Below are positions 1 to 10,248 of a DNA stretch of 64,000 nt, piece by piece. The stretch is from a virus (taxonomy: Duplodnaviria > Caudoviricetes): positions 32,001 to 96,000 of the IMG/VR virus record IMGVR_UViG_2706794911_000004; one strand, written 5' to 3'. Every line of letters starts with the position of its first letter. The first letter of the stretch is position 1. Both the position numbers and the translations under genes were made by a program. A model generated the notes under the pieces. The model worked only from the letters and a program-made list of their open reading frames with translations, was not told the DNA's origin and made no database searches.

Positions 1-896
1 TTGGTTAACCCAGATGTGCGTGGAATAAATCCACTTTTAGGCTCAGTACGTATTGTTCTTATGTTACCTAGATTCATGGAAAGCGATGCTGATATCCTTT
101 CATACCCTGTACCACCATTATTAAAATAAACATTAGACACGTCCAAAGGACCATTAGGGGAACGGCATCCATCCAGCATTACAGCCAGATTACCGTAGAT
201 ATCTTCAATGCCCCTGTAAGACACCTGAACAGCATCTGCGGTAGATCCGTAGGTGTTGTTGCCTCTTTCCAGTGTACCACCTGTACTAACCGATGCCGCA
301 CCACTAGTATACCCTAAGCCTATTTGACTCTGAGAGTCTGGGTGGCCATATTCAGTTATATAAAGCATTTGGATAAAACGCCATAGGTAATAGTCTAGCT
401 GTGTCCACCCTAGCCCCATTGCTTTAGCAGCATCCCGTACAGCCTGTATGGTAATACTCCCTCGTGGTGTCTTGTTTGGTAGGCTCCGCAGCTTACCCTG
501 CGGGTCAATCCAGCCAAGAAATGCACCTATATATCTGTGGTCTACCTCCACGGGTGTACCCGCAGCGTCCACGTGTACACTTCTGTCCCTAAAAAAAGCA
601 TGGTCTATCTCCCACTCGTCCGCCCCGACGTAGTCAGTAGCCTGCGGGTCACCGGACACACCAAAATGGAATATATTACCATCCGCATCATACTTCTTAA
701 CAGAATATGCTTTGGGAATCTGAACCATGGCGTTCTGACTCAGTGTTTCAACTTCCTCCCAGTCTACTTCAGTGCCGTCTGACTTCAAGTTACTGTTATC
801 GGCATCTAAAAAGTACGCTACGGAATGATCTGGATTAACTACACACCTAGCTAACTGCCCCCAAGGAGCTACTTGATTTAAATTGTGTTCACTCAT
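1..896 (-). CDS. Tail fibre/receptor-binding protein, Mtd/C-type-lectin-like (partial, runs off left edge)
   Basis: Not in the ORF track. Hand translation from ATG at 896 (ATGA overlap with upstream stop) stays open to position 1: MSEHNLNQVAPW...YIGAFLG...KLRSLP...IQMLYITEYG...SYRGIEDIYGN, resembling CLec-fold phage fibre proteins. Confidence 0.7.
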   Translation of the reverse strand, partial: MSEHNLNQVAPWGQLARCVVNPDHSVAYFLDADNSNLKSDGTEVDWEEVETLSQNAMVQIPKAYSVKKYDADGNIFHFGVSGDPQATDYVGADEWEIDHAFFRDRSVHVDAAGTPVEVDHRYIGAFLGWIDPQGKLRSLPNKTPRGSITIQAVRDAAKAMGLGWTQLDYYLWRFIQMLYITEYGHPDSQSQIGLGYTSGAASVSTGGTLERGNNTYGSTADAVQVSYRGIEDIYGNLAVMLDGCRSPNGPLDVSNVYFNNGGTGYERISASLSMNLGNIRTIRTEPKSGFIPRTSGLT

Positions 897-1504
897 ATTT
901 TTACCTCCCAATTCAATTCCCCGCCCACATTAGCTATGAGAGGAGCTTCAAAAGAATCTAAAACTCTGTCGCCGTTAACAAACTCTAGACACCCGTTCAA
1001 ATCCCTGTCAGATACTAGATGCACAGTAAGTATATACTCATTATCTCTACCATGTGGCAGGGTAACAATAGGCTTAAAGTTAAAAGTTGTTTCACCAATA
1101 ACCATTTCAGACTTATAGCCAAAACTATAACTTATAATGCCATTTAAAAACTTTCCCTTCTTCTTTCGCCCGCCCACATTAGTCTCTGAGTAGGCTCTTT
1201 TGTAGGTAATAATGTCTCTTTGGTACATGTTTTGGTTAGTTAACTCGTAGATATTATCTTTAGTCCTATACCTTATATCAACACGCTTACCTAGTATATT
1301 GAAAGTACCTCTTGAACACTCAAACCACATCTTCTTCTTTCTTCCTACTAAACCGAATCTTACTAATTTTTCCTTCTCTATATCGTAAAAGCTATTCTCC
1401 CTTATAGTCTCAAAGTCAAACTCGGCTAGACCGCCCTTATAATATTCTGCTAGCCACACATAGTCTTGAGATACAGGGGAGAAATTGGGACAATCTCTAA
1501 ACAT
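893..1504 (-). CDS. Hypothetical protein in tail module
   Basis: 203-aa ORF, strong RBS (GGGGAGG), coupled to downstream gene. Confidence 0.7.
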   Translation of the reverse strand: MFRDCPNFSPVSQDYVWLAEYYKGGLAEFDFETIRENSFYDIEKEKLVRFGLVGRKKKMWFECSRGTFNILGKRVDIRYRTKDNIYELTNQNMYQRDIITYKRAYSETNVGGRKKKGKFLNGIISYSFGYKSEMVIGETTFNFKPIVTLPHGRDNEYILTVHLVSDRDLNGCLEFVNGDRVLDSFEAPLIANVGGELNWEVKI

Positions 1505-1518
1505 CCTCCCCGCCCCCC

Positions 1519-2055
1519 TTACACGTAAAAATACTCTACACGAAGCTTGAACTGCCTTAACCCTGCGGACACACCATGCAAGTCAGACTGAAAGTAGTTC
1601 GTAAGTTTGGCAAAGTTTACTGTGTTTGCTAAAACTCCAGTATTCGCAGTTCCTTGTATAGTACCTTCTGCCGCCCCGGCAGCACCTATAACATGTTTAG
1701 TTGCGCCCCCAACCTGAGTAAATGTGCTCTCATTTAACGAATCTACCCTTGTATAGACCCACTTGTTCGCAACCACATCCATCGTGTCGGCGGCACCATC
1801 AGTAGTAGTAAATTTACAATCTTGCATATGTGCTACGTCTTCAGCACCTTGGAAGTTATTCCAAATCAATATCTCCTGTTCGGCACTTTGCTGACCTGCG
1901 TTTAATGTGCCTATCTGCCATAGTGAAATAGCATCTGAATTATCACCTAGCCTCCATGAAACAACTGGTGCACTCATATATAACACCCCTTTTCTAAATT
2001 TAGTCAAGCATAAAATCCACACAAATACTAATATCAGCAGAACCAAGACTACCAT
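1519..2055 (-). CDS. Virion structural protein (true start probably MSAPVV, ATG at 1977)
   Basis: RBS AGGGGTG precedes the internal Met; beta-rich; tail-module context. Confidence 0.6.
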   Translation of the reverse strand: MVVLVLLILVFVWILCLTKFRKGVLYMSAPVVSWRLGDNSDAISLWQIGTLNAGQQSAEQEILIWNNFQGAEDVAHMQDCKFTTTDGAADTMDVVANKWVYTRVDSLNESTFTQVGGATKHVIGAAGAAEGTIQGTANTGVLANTVNFAKLTNYFQSDLHGVSAGLRQFKLRVEYFYV

Positions 2056-2464
2056 TTGCGTTTACCTGTAATGATTCAAAATCTAAGCTACCTGTTAGAC
2101 TTGCCTGAGCAAAAGTAGCTCCCACAGGTACTGTAATAGTCTCCAACGTCCCGCCACCCTTTAATAACACCACAACCAAGTCGATGTCAAAAGGCTTAGG
2201 GAAGCTGACATACATAGTCTTTAATGTACCCTTATAGGGAATATACAGTGACACTGTATGATTCTCTTGCGTAATCTGCTTAATATAGAAAACTGCTGTC
2301 TTTTTTATTGATAATTTTTCGGCTAAACTAGCCTTGTCGCCCCTAGCCTCATCTATCTCAGTTAGATAACTGTCTATAACAGCATGTGTTCTCTGTCCCT
2401 TATTAATAAGATCGTTATGATCATTTGTGGCGGTTTCACCCGCCCTGTTAAATCTCACTGACAT
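2000..2464 (-). CDS. Tail-associated structural protein
   Basis: 154-aa ORF; N-terminal HNDL...EIDEARG motif typical of fibre N-termini. Confidence 0.55.
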   Translation of the reverse strand: MSVRFNRAGETATNDHNDLINKGQRTHAVIDSYLTEIDEARGDKASLAEKLSIKKTAVFYIKQITQENHTVSLYIPYKGTLKTMYVSFPKPFDIDLVVVLLKGGGTLETITVPVGATFAQASLTGSLDFESLQVNANGSLGSADISICVDFMLD

Positions 2465-2468
2465 ATTA

Positions 2469-3596
2469 TCAACCTACCGATCCTGAAACTATATTAAGCC
2501 CAAAGTAAAACTCTGGAACTGCTGACTCTAACTCAGTTGCCCTTCTAACTCTAAGGTAAAAGCTCTTTTCTCCTAAAGCAGGTATGCTGCCTAATGCTGC
2601 GATGTTGCTAAAATTACTACCGTCTACTGAAACAGAAACGAACTGATTATAATGGTCTGTGTCTTTATGCATAGAAGGTTCTATACTTACGCTATTAAAA
2701 ATAGCACTGTGTGGATTTTTAACTGTCATAGCTATATCCCTGAACTCAGTAGTGCCTGAACCTGCCACTGAGTTCAGATACCCAAGAAACTCCTCTTCGT
2801 TAGCATCTACCCTTTTGTAAACACCGTCCTTGTCTGTGTAATATAAATCAAGGCTTAACTGAAACCTAAACTCATCCCCGCCCCACAATTCTCTGTTACT
2901 CTCGTCCTGTAGTATTGAGTTACCCTCCCACTTAAATTTACCTGTGACAGGTATTCCTAATAACGACAAATCAAAAGCTGTGGGGTAGTGAGCTGAATTA
3001 GTTTTTTCTGTTACCTCGTTACCATCTTCGTCAAGTAGTTTTAGCTTAGTACCTGCTGGTGGGTTCTCTATATACACGTTCACACTTCTGAATATCCTTA
3101 CGTAGTCCACCAACAAGTGTTCAGTACTACCATCTACGAATAATCCAATCTTGGGAGAAACCTCACCGAAATTTTGGGTACCCACTAGTTGCCATGTCTT
3201 ACCATCCTTCGACCAGTAGCCTGTGTAGACATTATAGTCCCTTACTAACCTTAGCCATGGGTAGGTGTTGGCAATACCTTTATCTACGTCAAAATATTCT
3301 TCTAGAGCAATGAAATTGTTCGCATCCGAGTATATCACTATGCCACCTATCTCACCCGCCTGAGTGGGGTTATAGGTATTCTTTACATCCATCACAAAGC
3401 GTTTTTCTTCTGTTAACTGATTAAAGAACAGATATAGTGGTGTACCCCCGCCCTCAAGATGAAGACGGGTGCCATCCGTATAGTACCTACTAGGGACATT
3501 GGGAGAAGCCTCCCATTGGTCACCTAGAGAACTCGAAAAATCCGATTGATATATAAAACCCGACTTTAGTTTTGTCACTATCGCCACACTAACCAC
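2469..3596 (-). CDS. Structural protein with ConA-like (beta-xylosidase C-terminal-like) domain
   Basis: YPWLRLVRDYNVYTGYWSKDGKTWQLVG...KIGLFV...VDYVRI motif. Confidence 0.6.
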   Translation of the reverse strand: MVSVAIVTKLKSGFIYQSDFSSSLGDQWEASPNVPSRYYTDGTRLHLEGGGTPLYLFFNQLTEEKRFVMDVKNTYNPTQAGEIGGIVIYSDANNFIALEEYFDVDKGIANTYPWLRLVRDYNVYTGYWSKDGKTWQLVGTQNFGEVSPKIGLFVDGSTEHLLVDYVRIFRSVNVYIENPPAGTKLKLLDEDGNEVTEKTNSAHYPTAFDLSLLGIPVTGKFKWEGNSILQDESNRELWGGDEFRFQLSLDLYYTDKDGVYKRVDANEEEFLGYLNSVAGSGTTEFRDIAMTVKNPHSAIFNSVSIEPSMHKDTDHYNQFVSVSVDGSNFSNIAALGSIPALGEKSFYLRVRRATELESAVPEFYFGLNIVSGSVG

Positions 3597-3607
3597 CTAC
3601 CTACCTT

Positions 3608-3623
3608 TAGTATAGGTACAAAC
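3608..3623 (-). promoter_or_regulatory. Putative late promoter (GTTTGTACCTATACTA)
   Basis: Same 16-mer also lies upstream of the portal gene at 37643. Confidence 0.55.
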
Positions 3624-3627
3624 TTGC

Positions 3628-6600
3628 TTAGGTAAACAGCCAAATCTTCTTACCTATAGAACAACCTTCAATAACTGGCTCGTACTCAAAGGTAAATATC
3701 TGACACTTGTCAGACTCTTCCTCTAGCAGTACAATGTTTACGTTATATGACTCTTCCGCCCCCACAAATTTGTAACCATCATATTCTTTTTTGCTTACTG
3801 TATAAACTCCGGGCATAAGATTAAACAGATACTCCGTTTCCAGAAGCTGGCTTGTTGTTACATCAATATGCTGTACTTCTATACAATCGAGTACTGGATC
3901 TTTAATGGTAGTACGCTTATACTTAAACTCAACTTCGGCACAAACATCATCTTTTGGCACATACATACTTTTTGAAGCATCGTCCCGCAACTCGTAGTGG
4001 TTTATTGTAATAGCTTCAAATGTACGATTACCTTCTTTAAGATCTTTAAATTCTTGTCTCAGTAAAACTTGACCAGTATCTATATCCACATGCCGTACTA
4101 TTGCACAACCTTCGGCTGGTAGTAAGTCTAAAAGACATCCTATTAGGGCTTCTACACACTTATCCCCGCCCTTTGGTTCGCAGTAAGGTGTAACCATTAC
4201 ATCATCACATACCCAATTAGTTAAGCGCAACCAGTTAATTTTTGCATAGTCCCATGTGTAATCATCATTATCATTCTGAAAAACCCATCTGTATTTATTT
4301 AAGCCTTTATTGACCGGATGTGCTACCTCGCCGCTTTTCTCGTGCTCTAAACTATTCTTAAGTGCGCCATTAATATAAAAGTCTAACTTACTTGAGAACG
4401 GACTAGCAACTAGCTCGTAGCAACCTTCTACGACAAAATTGTTTATAACGAACAACGTCCTGAAGTCAATACCATTTAATACCTCGCCTTTTTGTTCTGT
4501 AGAGATGGATACTTCAAAGCTATCAGGTAAGCCATCAAAATGAAACTCATATACTCCCTCGTCTGTATACGTCTCCGTCATACCGTCTACATCTACAGTT
4601 ATGTTACTTCCACTACAGCCCCCACCATATATTGGCTCATACTCATATAACCTAAAATTAATTGCCTCAAATCTTGAATCCTTGTACTCTTTCACCTTTT
4701 CGTAGTCATATCCGTCTATCCAGAACATGCCATTAAAGAACTCGAAAAGAGGCATACCCTCACACTCGTTCATAATGTTTTCAGTGTGGTAAGAGAATGT
4801 TAACTCCACAGGATCATCGAAAGGATTAGTAACATCCAGTTCTATCCTACCGCCGTCAAAGAGTATATCATCATGCCTATTCTTAAAATAACTGTTTGCA
4901 CCAGAGCTACTTGAGCTCACATTATCTAAAAATAGTCTTATACCATCTGGATAGCACATGCCGTCCTGTAAGTGATCGCCTAGTGTACCTTCTTTGTGTC
5001 TCTCTACCTTAATAGCATCTAACCACAACCATCTACCTACTTGAACATTGTCCTGTGCTTTAAACGTGTCGGGACTAGGGGTTTTTAGAAAGTCAGCTAG
5101 GTCAGCTACCTTGAACTCCGCCCCCTTATAGTCAGCAGGTATATCTGTTATAGGGACTTCTTGTAATTGTTCTGTGAGAGTTAATCCACTTAATGTGAAC
5201 CCGCCCCCCTTATCCTTTATCCCGCCCGCAGTACCAAAATCCTTCATCAGATAGTATACAACTCTGTAAGTCTTATCAGTAGGCACAGTAAAGTTTATAT
5301 GCTGCCCCATTACCTCTCCGTAGGTATTTTCACTTATTACATTATTAGTACTAAGGTCTATTACCTTTACTAATACTTGTGTATTATCCTTCGCTGTTTG
5401 CTGTGCTGTGCCTAGTATATTTAAGCTGTACTTGACAGAGCCATAAAAATTTATACCATTTGCGTCCTTGTTCATATCTTCGTAGGTATCTTCAAGCTCC
5501 AAAACCAACCCGTACTCCCCCGCCTGCATATTATTATAAGACTTGCTTATCTTGCCGGGGTCACATAATGTACTAGGGTTGACAGAGACACAACCTATAT
5601 TTCCGTTTACATCTATAATTGTGTCTACTATTTTCCAGTCCAGGCCATCATATTTTACAAGATGTACTTTAAATATTCCCCGCCCAAAAGAGTCACCTAA
5701 CTGCCTCAGATATGTGTTATAATCAATATCCAAGTCGAACCTATGAGAGTCTATGGTCCATATGTCTATTGCTTTATATGCAATATCATTATCTCTGTGT
5801 GGTGTGGAGGTTGAGTCAAAGGTTATATACCCCCCACCATTAATTTTTTGCTGACCGTAGTTGTAGCCATAACCGCTATAGACGGACAGAAACTCACTGT
5901 AGCTTATGGGGCCATAACTAGACGAGGCGATATCCCTGTAAACTACTGCGCCATCATGATAAGCGTGGTGAGATACTCCGTCGTAGTATACGAAGTCCCC
6001 GCCATAGTCAACAGTACTCTTACTCACAGGGTTATATATTCGGCCAGCCTCGCTATCATAGTCAAACTTAGTTGTAACATTAAATGCTCTGTAATAAGGA
6101 ACGTGTGCGACAGACCCTCCAGATAGCGGAATGTGAACCAACCCATCCTTTATCTCAATGTTCTGCGAACCATTACTGCCATCACTGAGGTATATTCCTG
6201 CGTCACTTAAATCCCCAGCAGTCACCTCACTTAGGAGCTTTGTAAGTGTTGGGTATGTTTTATTAAATGTAGCGTATACCTTAGATGCGTGGGAGAGTAC
6301 TGATGCATCATTACCCTCATAAATTAGTGAATAGAAGTATTGCAACGTTTTAGGGTCACGTAAAAACATTAGATATTGCCTACCCTGTGAATCAGTAAAC
6401 ACTACACTGTTATCTCCAACCCAATCCAGTCCATGTATTTTATCTACAATACTTCTAACATGTGTTCTGGACTCTTGCCAACTCATATGGTCTATTGACT
6501 GTACAATACCGTTAGCAGAGTCTCTAGGCGTGACCACGTTACTGCTCCTACCTGTCCATGCGTTACCCTGCGTAGAACTTGTGCTACTTGAACCGTTATT

Positions 6601-6738
6601 GCTTCCGTAAGAAGATGGTTGCCTCACTATCTTGTGTGTGCCTGCAACCTGACCTCGTGTCACTGTACTACCATCAGCCTTCTTATACTCTATAATTCCT
6701 GCGTCCATTACTTCCTTGATAGTAGGATAACGAGCCAT
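3628..6738 (-). CDS. Large virion protein with beta-sandwich domains and two C-terminal MucBP-like domains
   Basis: VRHVDIDTGQVLL...VEFKYKR and VQHIDVTTSQLL...YDGYKFVG...FTFEYE repeats resemble MucBP. Confidence 0.6.
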   Translation of the reverse strand: MARYPTIKEVMDAGIIEYKKADGSTVTRGQVAGTHKIVRQPSSYGSNNGSSSTSSTQGNAWTGRSSNVVTPRDSANGIVQSIDHMSWQESRTHVRSIVDKIHGLDWVGDNSVVFTDSQGRQYLMFLRDPKTLQYFYSLIYEGNDASVLSHASKVYATFNKTYPTLTKLLSEVTAGDLSDAGIYLSDGSNGSQNIEIKDGLVHIPLSGGSVAHVPYYRAFNVTTKFDYDSEAGRIYNPVSKSTVDYGGDFVYYDGVSHHAYHDGAVVYRDIASSSYGPISYSEFLSVYSGYGYNYGQQKINGGGYITFDSTSTPHRDNDIAYKAIDIWTIDSHRFDLDIDYNTYLRQLGDSFGRGIFKVHLVKYDGLDWKIVDTIIDVNGNIGCVSVNPSTLCDPGKISKSYNNMQAGEYGLVLELEDTYEDMNKDANGINFYGSVKYSLNILGTAQQTAKDNTQVLVKVIDLSTNNVISENTYGEVMGQHINFTVPTDKTYRVVYYLMKDFGTAGGIKDKGGGFTLSGLTLTEQLQEVPITDIPADYKGAEFKVADLADFLKTPSPDTFKAQDNVQVGRWLWLDAIKVERHKEGTLGDHLQDGMCYPDGIRLFLDNVSSSSSGANSYFKNRHDDILFDGGRIELDVTNPFDDPVELTFSYHTENIMNECEGMPLFEFFNGMFWIDGYDYEKVKEYKDSRFEAINFRLYEYEPIYGGGCSGSNITVDVDGMTETYTDEGVYEFHFDGLPDSFEVSISTEQKGEVLNGIDFRTLFVINNFVVEGCYELVASPFSSKLDFYINGALKNSLEHEKSGEVAHPVNKGLNKYRWVFQNDNDDYTWDYAKINWLRLTNWVCDDVMVTPYCEPKGGDKCVEALIGCLLDLLPAEGCAIVRHVDIDTGQVLLRQEFKDLKEGNRTFEAITINHYELRDDASKSMYVPKDDVCAEVEFKYKRTTIKDPVLDCIEVQHIDVTTSQLLETEYLFNLMPGVYTVSKKEYDGYKFVGAEESYNVNIVLLEEESDKCQIFTFEYEPVIEGCSIGKKIWLFT

Positions 6739-9700
6739 TTAACTACCACCACCTAACTGTAAATATTCAAATACGACATTAGACGTACCACTAGGTACAT
6801 CTAGATTCTTAACTTTTTTACCTGACATAGAAAATTCGCTCTCTTTGGTACTGAACAACAACTGTCTTGCCCCCCCGCCAAAGTAAGCATAGACATTTAA
6901 CTGATCGCCATACTGAAATCTAGCACCATACTCAAAAGATAGCCTATCCACGTATCCACTGGGTGGAGTGCTGGGCAAATCTACTTTCATCGTGTGACGT
7001 ATGAAGTCTTTATCGAATAACTGTGACTTGCTGACACCATCAACTATTACAACTCCGTCACCTGATCCGCCAGTGCCAAAAAACTGAAATATATCTACCC
7101 ACTCCCAAGCATATTGTTCAGCATAGGAGAAGTCTAGCGTTACACTTGAGTCAAAGGTAAAGTGCTCTATGTTATTCAAAGCGTTACTCTCCATCTGATC
7201 ATTGAAGTACTCCAATAATACAACTTCGGTAGCTAGTACCTCGTCTATCTCAGTAAGGGTGTCACTATCTATATAAGGTATAGTATTAAATGGAAGGTAA
7301 AACCTGAAGTCGTCACCTGGCATTAGTCTTACTGTAAACTCACCAAGAATATCACCTGATGATACCCAAGTGGTTTTTGAGGTTAGCTTCCCAGTATTTA
7401 ACAGTAAATCTAAACCACGTTCCCCGCCCACCAATTTCTGGCTGTAAGACTGCCTTAGACCTAGGTTGTCTGACGCGTAATTAAAAATGTTGCTTACTTT
7501 ATCCATCTCTGTTGGTAGGTAGTTACCATGATCTCCATCCACATACAGACTACTATAAAACTGAACAGGTGACTGTATACTGCCACTGGTATCAACTGAG
7601 CCTGCCACGAACTCAACTAAGGTAGTGTCATCGTGTAAGTGTACTGGTACTAGACTCCTATCGCCCTCGCCTCCATAGAATCTTTCCACAAAATCGCCAT
7701 TCGAGTAAACATCAACAAACTCGTCCTCGTTCAACTGATTACTAGTGTCAAAGTATAAGTAAGCATTACTGGGCGCGGCTAGGATGAACATGCCGTAACC
7801 ATAATCAGCTACAGGGTAACTAGCGGAAGGTATATCTAAAACCAAAGACCCATCGAAACTCCATAAACCACTAAGCTCTACACCGCTTGGCACGATATTT
7901 TTTAACTCTGTGCTATAATCATAAGGTATGCGAGAAGGACATATTATCTCCACCTCCCCCGCCACGGACAACCTGTTCATACCTAGCGACTCTATGTTAT
8001 ACGTTATAGTAGCATTATCCTCTGGTGTAGCGTAAGATTTGCTTAGCACCCGCCACCCATCACCATACTCAGGTGTAATAATTACATGTATATCACCATA
8101 TGTGTCAGCCTCCCATCGTCTGGGTGTAGTGCTTAACATGAAATCCTCATTAAACAGTAAGCCACCAATACACTCCCTATCGGGTTCGTTCACACCTAAC
8201 TCATAACCAAAGGAGAAAATACCGTCACACTCACTCTGCAGCTCTACCTCTAATTCTCTAGAATTATCATTGTTGCCATCAGTAAAACCCCTGTAGAAAG
8301 TGCTTAGTGAGCTATCTTTTGCGTATACCTTCCACTTACCTTCTATCATTTCACCATGCTTGTCATAGTCTTGTGGCATAGGATCATCAGCATAGCCAAC
8401 TGTCTCCACCACTTCTATATCTTTAATAAATACTGCATCTAAGCCCACGCCCATAGAAGCTAGTTTACTTACCATCATATCAAACTTATAGGTTTGTCCT
8501 TCACTCATGTTAAATTTAGCTTCCTGCCACCCATTTGTGTCGAACCACGGGCCGCCCACCTGATTCTCATTAATGTACAAGGATAGGTAACTTTGATTAC
8601 CACCTTCTATCAAGTACTTAAATGAAATGTATCCCTTCTTTTTCAGCCTCCAATTAAATGTAAGCTTGGAAGATAGTGTTTCAGGTAACCTATTTAAAGG
8701 AAGTTTAAGTATATTCTCGTTTCCAGCCCCGCCGTCCACGGAATTAACTAAATCCCATTCGATATTCTCCTTAGATGACACAGATCTCAGCATATCCATA
8801 AGGTCTGTAGTAGTACTTTGTCCCTTGGTTGAGAATAAGGGTACTTCTGCATCTACACCATTAAAGTAGTTAACATAGTCAGCACTAAAATGATGATTAT
8901 AAGGTAACGGACACTTTGGTATGAAGTCTTTTTCTACCTCTATGCCTAGCCCTGTAAACTGTATACTTTTAAATCTAACTGTACTACTACCTTTCGCCCC
9001 CTCAACTACCCACTGGAAAGTATGTGTACCTGCAGGTACGTTTACAGTACTATCACTAAAGTACAGGTCTGCTGTCTTATCTTCCCATAGACCTGATTCC
9101 TCGCCGCCCTCACGATAAACACTATCAATTACCTCCAATAACTCTACATCCGTATACACTGATAGGGGATAGTGCTGGCCTAGCTCGTCTATAAATGCTT
9201 CTGTCCACTTACCATCATGAGACTTCGTTATCTGGTTGATATTCTGCCACTTAGATGGCGTTGTATGAAAAGCTGACACAAACACAACTTTCCACTGATT
9301 GGGACCTGTCTGGTAATAATAGTACCTGTCTACTAGAGCCCCCACGGTGCCCGTGTCATGTATCCCATGCTTAACGTCTACAAAAGGTTTTAGATCACCA
9401 GACTTATTCCGCACATACCACTGTCCTTCTGTACCAACACGATCTGCGTGTCTCCAGATAACCTCACCGTCCAGAAGTAGCTTGACAATACCACCGTTTA
9501 AATCAGCCGCCATGTTGAATACAACCAAGCCAGCATCATTGTACGTTACTTGCTTAGAAAGAGATAGTGTTTGGCCCTCCCTGCTCTTACCTGTCAGAGA
9601 GTTATACTCACTAAACCAGTTACCATTATACGTAAAGCTATTGTCTATGGAGTTACTAAAATCAGCGAAATATATGACATAAGGCTTTTCACCTGTATCT

Positions 9701-10116
9701 AGTATCTTCAATATACAATCCTTAATAAAACTTAATGCCTGTGAGTATTGACTATCTAAAGGTTCGGTGTTCTGCCGCACCCACCACATAAGTCTGCGGT
9801 ACATATTCCACAAAGCTTCTCTGCACCTTACGTCTTTATACCAATCTCTATTATGCGTAAAGTGCTCTATCATTTGATCTACTATGTTCCTTAAAGCCTT
9901 TTTGTCAACCTTGCTCCAACGTCCTATTTCTCCATTACCCTCGTCTCCCAACAAAGGATTCTGGTAGCCTGGCAACCTAGTTTTCCTGGGTTGGTTGGGG
10001 CTACCTTCCTTAGAAGGGTGATTAGGGTGCTGTGGGTTTACTACATTTAAAAGCATATTTTTAAACTTAGGGTCACAGCCCCCACTACTATACAAGCCTA
10101 ATTTGCTCATGTACAT
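6739..10116 (-). CDS. Large virion protein with repeated jelly-roll/CBM-like domains
   Basis: 1125 aa, aromatic and beta-rich, tail-module context. Confidence 0.6.
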   Translation of the reverse strand: MYMSKLGLYSSGGCDPKFKNMLLNVVNPQHPNHPSKEGSPNQPRKTRLPGYQNPLLGDEGNGEIGRWSKVDKKALRNIVDQMIEHFTHNRDWYKDVRCREALWNMYRRLMWWVRQNTEPLDSQYSQALSFIKDCILKILDTGEKPYVIYFADFSNSIDNSFTYNGNWFSEYNSLTGKSREGQTLSLSKQVTYNDAGLVVFNMAADLNGGIVKLLLDGEVIWRHADRVGTEGQWYVRNKSGDLKPFVDVKHGIHDTGTVGALVDRYYYYQTGPNQWKVVFVSAFHTTPSKWQNINQITKSHDGKWTEAFIDELGQHYPLSVYTDVELLEVIDSVYREGGEESGLWEDKTADLYFSDSTVNVPAGTHTFQWVVEGAKGSSTVRFKSIQFTGLGIEVEKDFIPKCPLPYNHHFSADYVNYFNGVDAEVPLFSTKGQSTTTDLMDMLRSVSSKENIEWDLVNSVDGGAGNENILKLPLNRLPETLSSKLTFNWRLKKKGYISFKYLIEGGNQSYLSLYINENQVGGPWFDTNGWQEAKFNMSEGQTYKFDMMVSKLASMGVGLDAVFIKDIEVVETVGYADDPMPQDYDKHGEMIEGKWKVYAKDSSLSTFYRGFTDGNNDNSRELEVELQSECDGIFSFGYELGVNEPDRECIGGLLFNEDFMLSTTPRRWEADTYGDIHVIITPEYGDGWRVLSKSYATPEDNATITYNIESLGMNRLSVAGEVEIICPSRIPYDYSTELKNIVPSGVELSGLWSFDGSLVLDIPSASYPVADYGYGMFILAAPSNAYLYFDTSNQLNEDEFVDVYSNGDFVERFYGGEGDRSLVPVHLHDDTTLVEFVAGSVDTSGSIQSPVQFYSSLYVDGDHGNYLPTEMDKVSNIFNYASDNLGLRQSYSQKLVGGERGLDLLLNTGKLTSKTTWVSSGDILGEFTVRLMPGDDFRFYLPFNTIPYIDSDTLTEIDEVLATEVVLLEYFNDQMESNALNNIEHFTFDSSVTLDFSYAEQYAWEWVDIFQFFGTGGSGDGVVIVDGVSKSQLFDKDFIRHTMKVDLPSTPPSGYVDRLSFEYGARFQYGDQLNVYAYFGGGARQLLFSTKESEFSMSGKKVKNLDVPSGTSNVVFEYLQLGGGS

Positions 10117-10218
10117 CCCTCGACTTCCTCAGAACTTCTTGTGATTACTTGTAACCCTTTACCAGGTATCAATAATTCCCCCCTAGTTTTTGTTATTTTA
10201 TAAATTTGACTTCATAGT

Positions 10219-10248
10219 TATATACCAGAGAAGATGCTAAAAGTTAAA
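10219..10248 (-). promoter_or_regulatory. Phage-specific promoter TTTAACT-N15-GGTATATA
   Basis: Matches the repeated consensus with exact 15-nt spacer. Confidence 0.65.
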
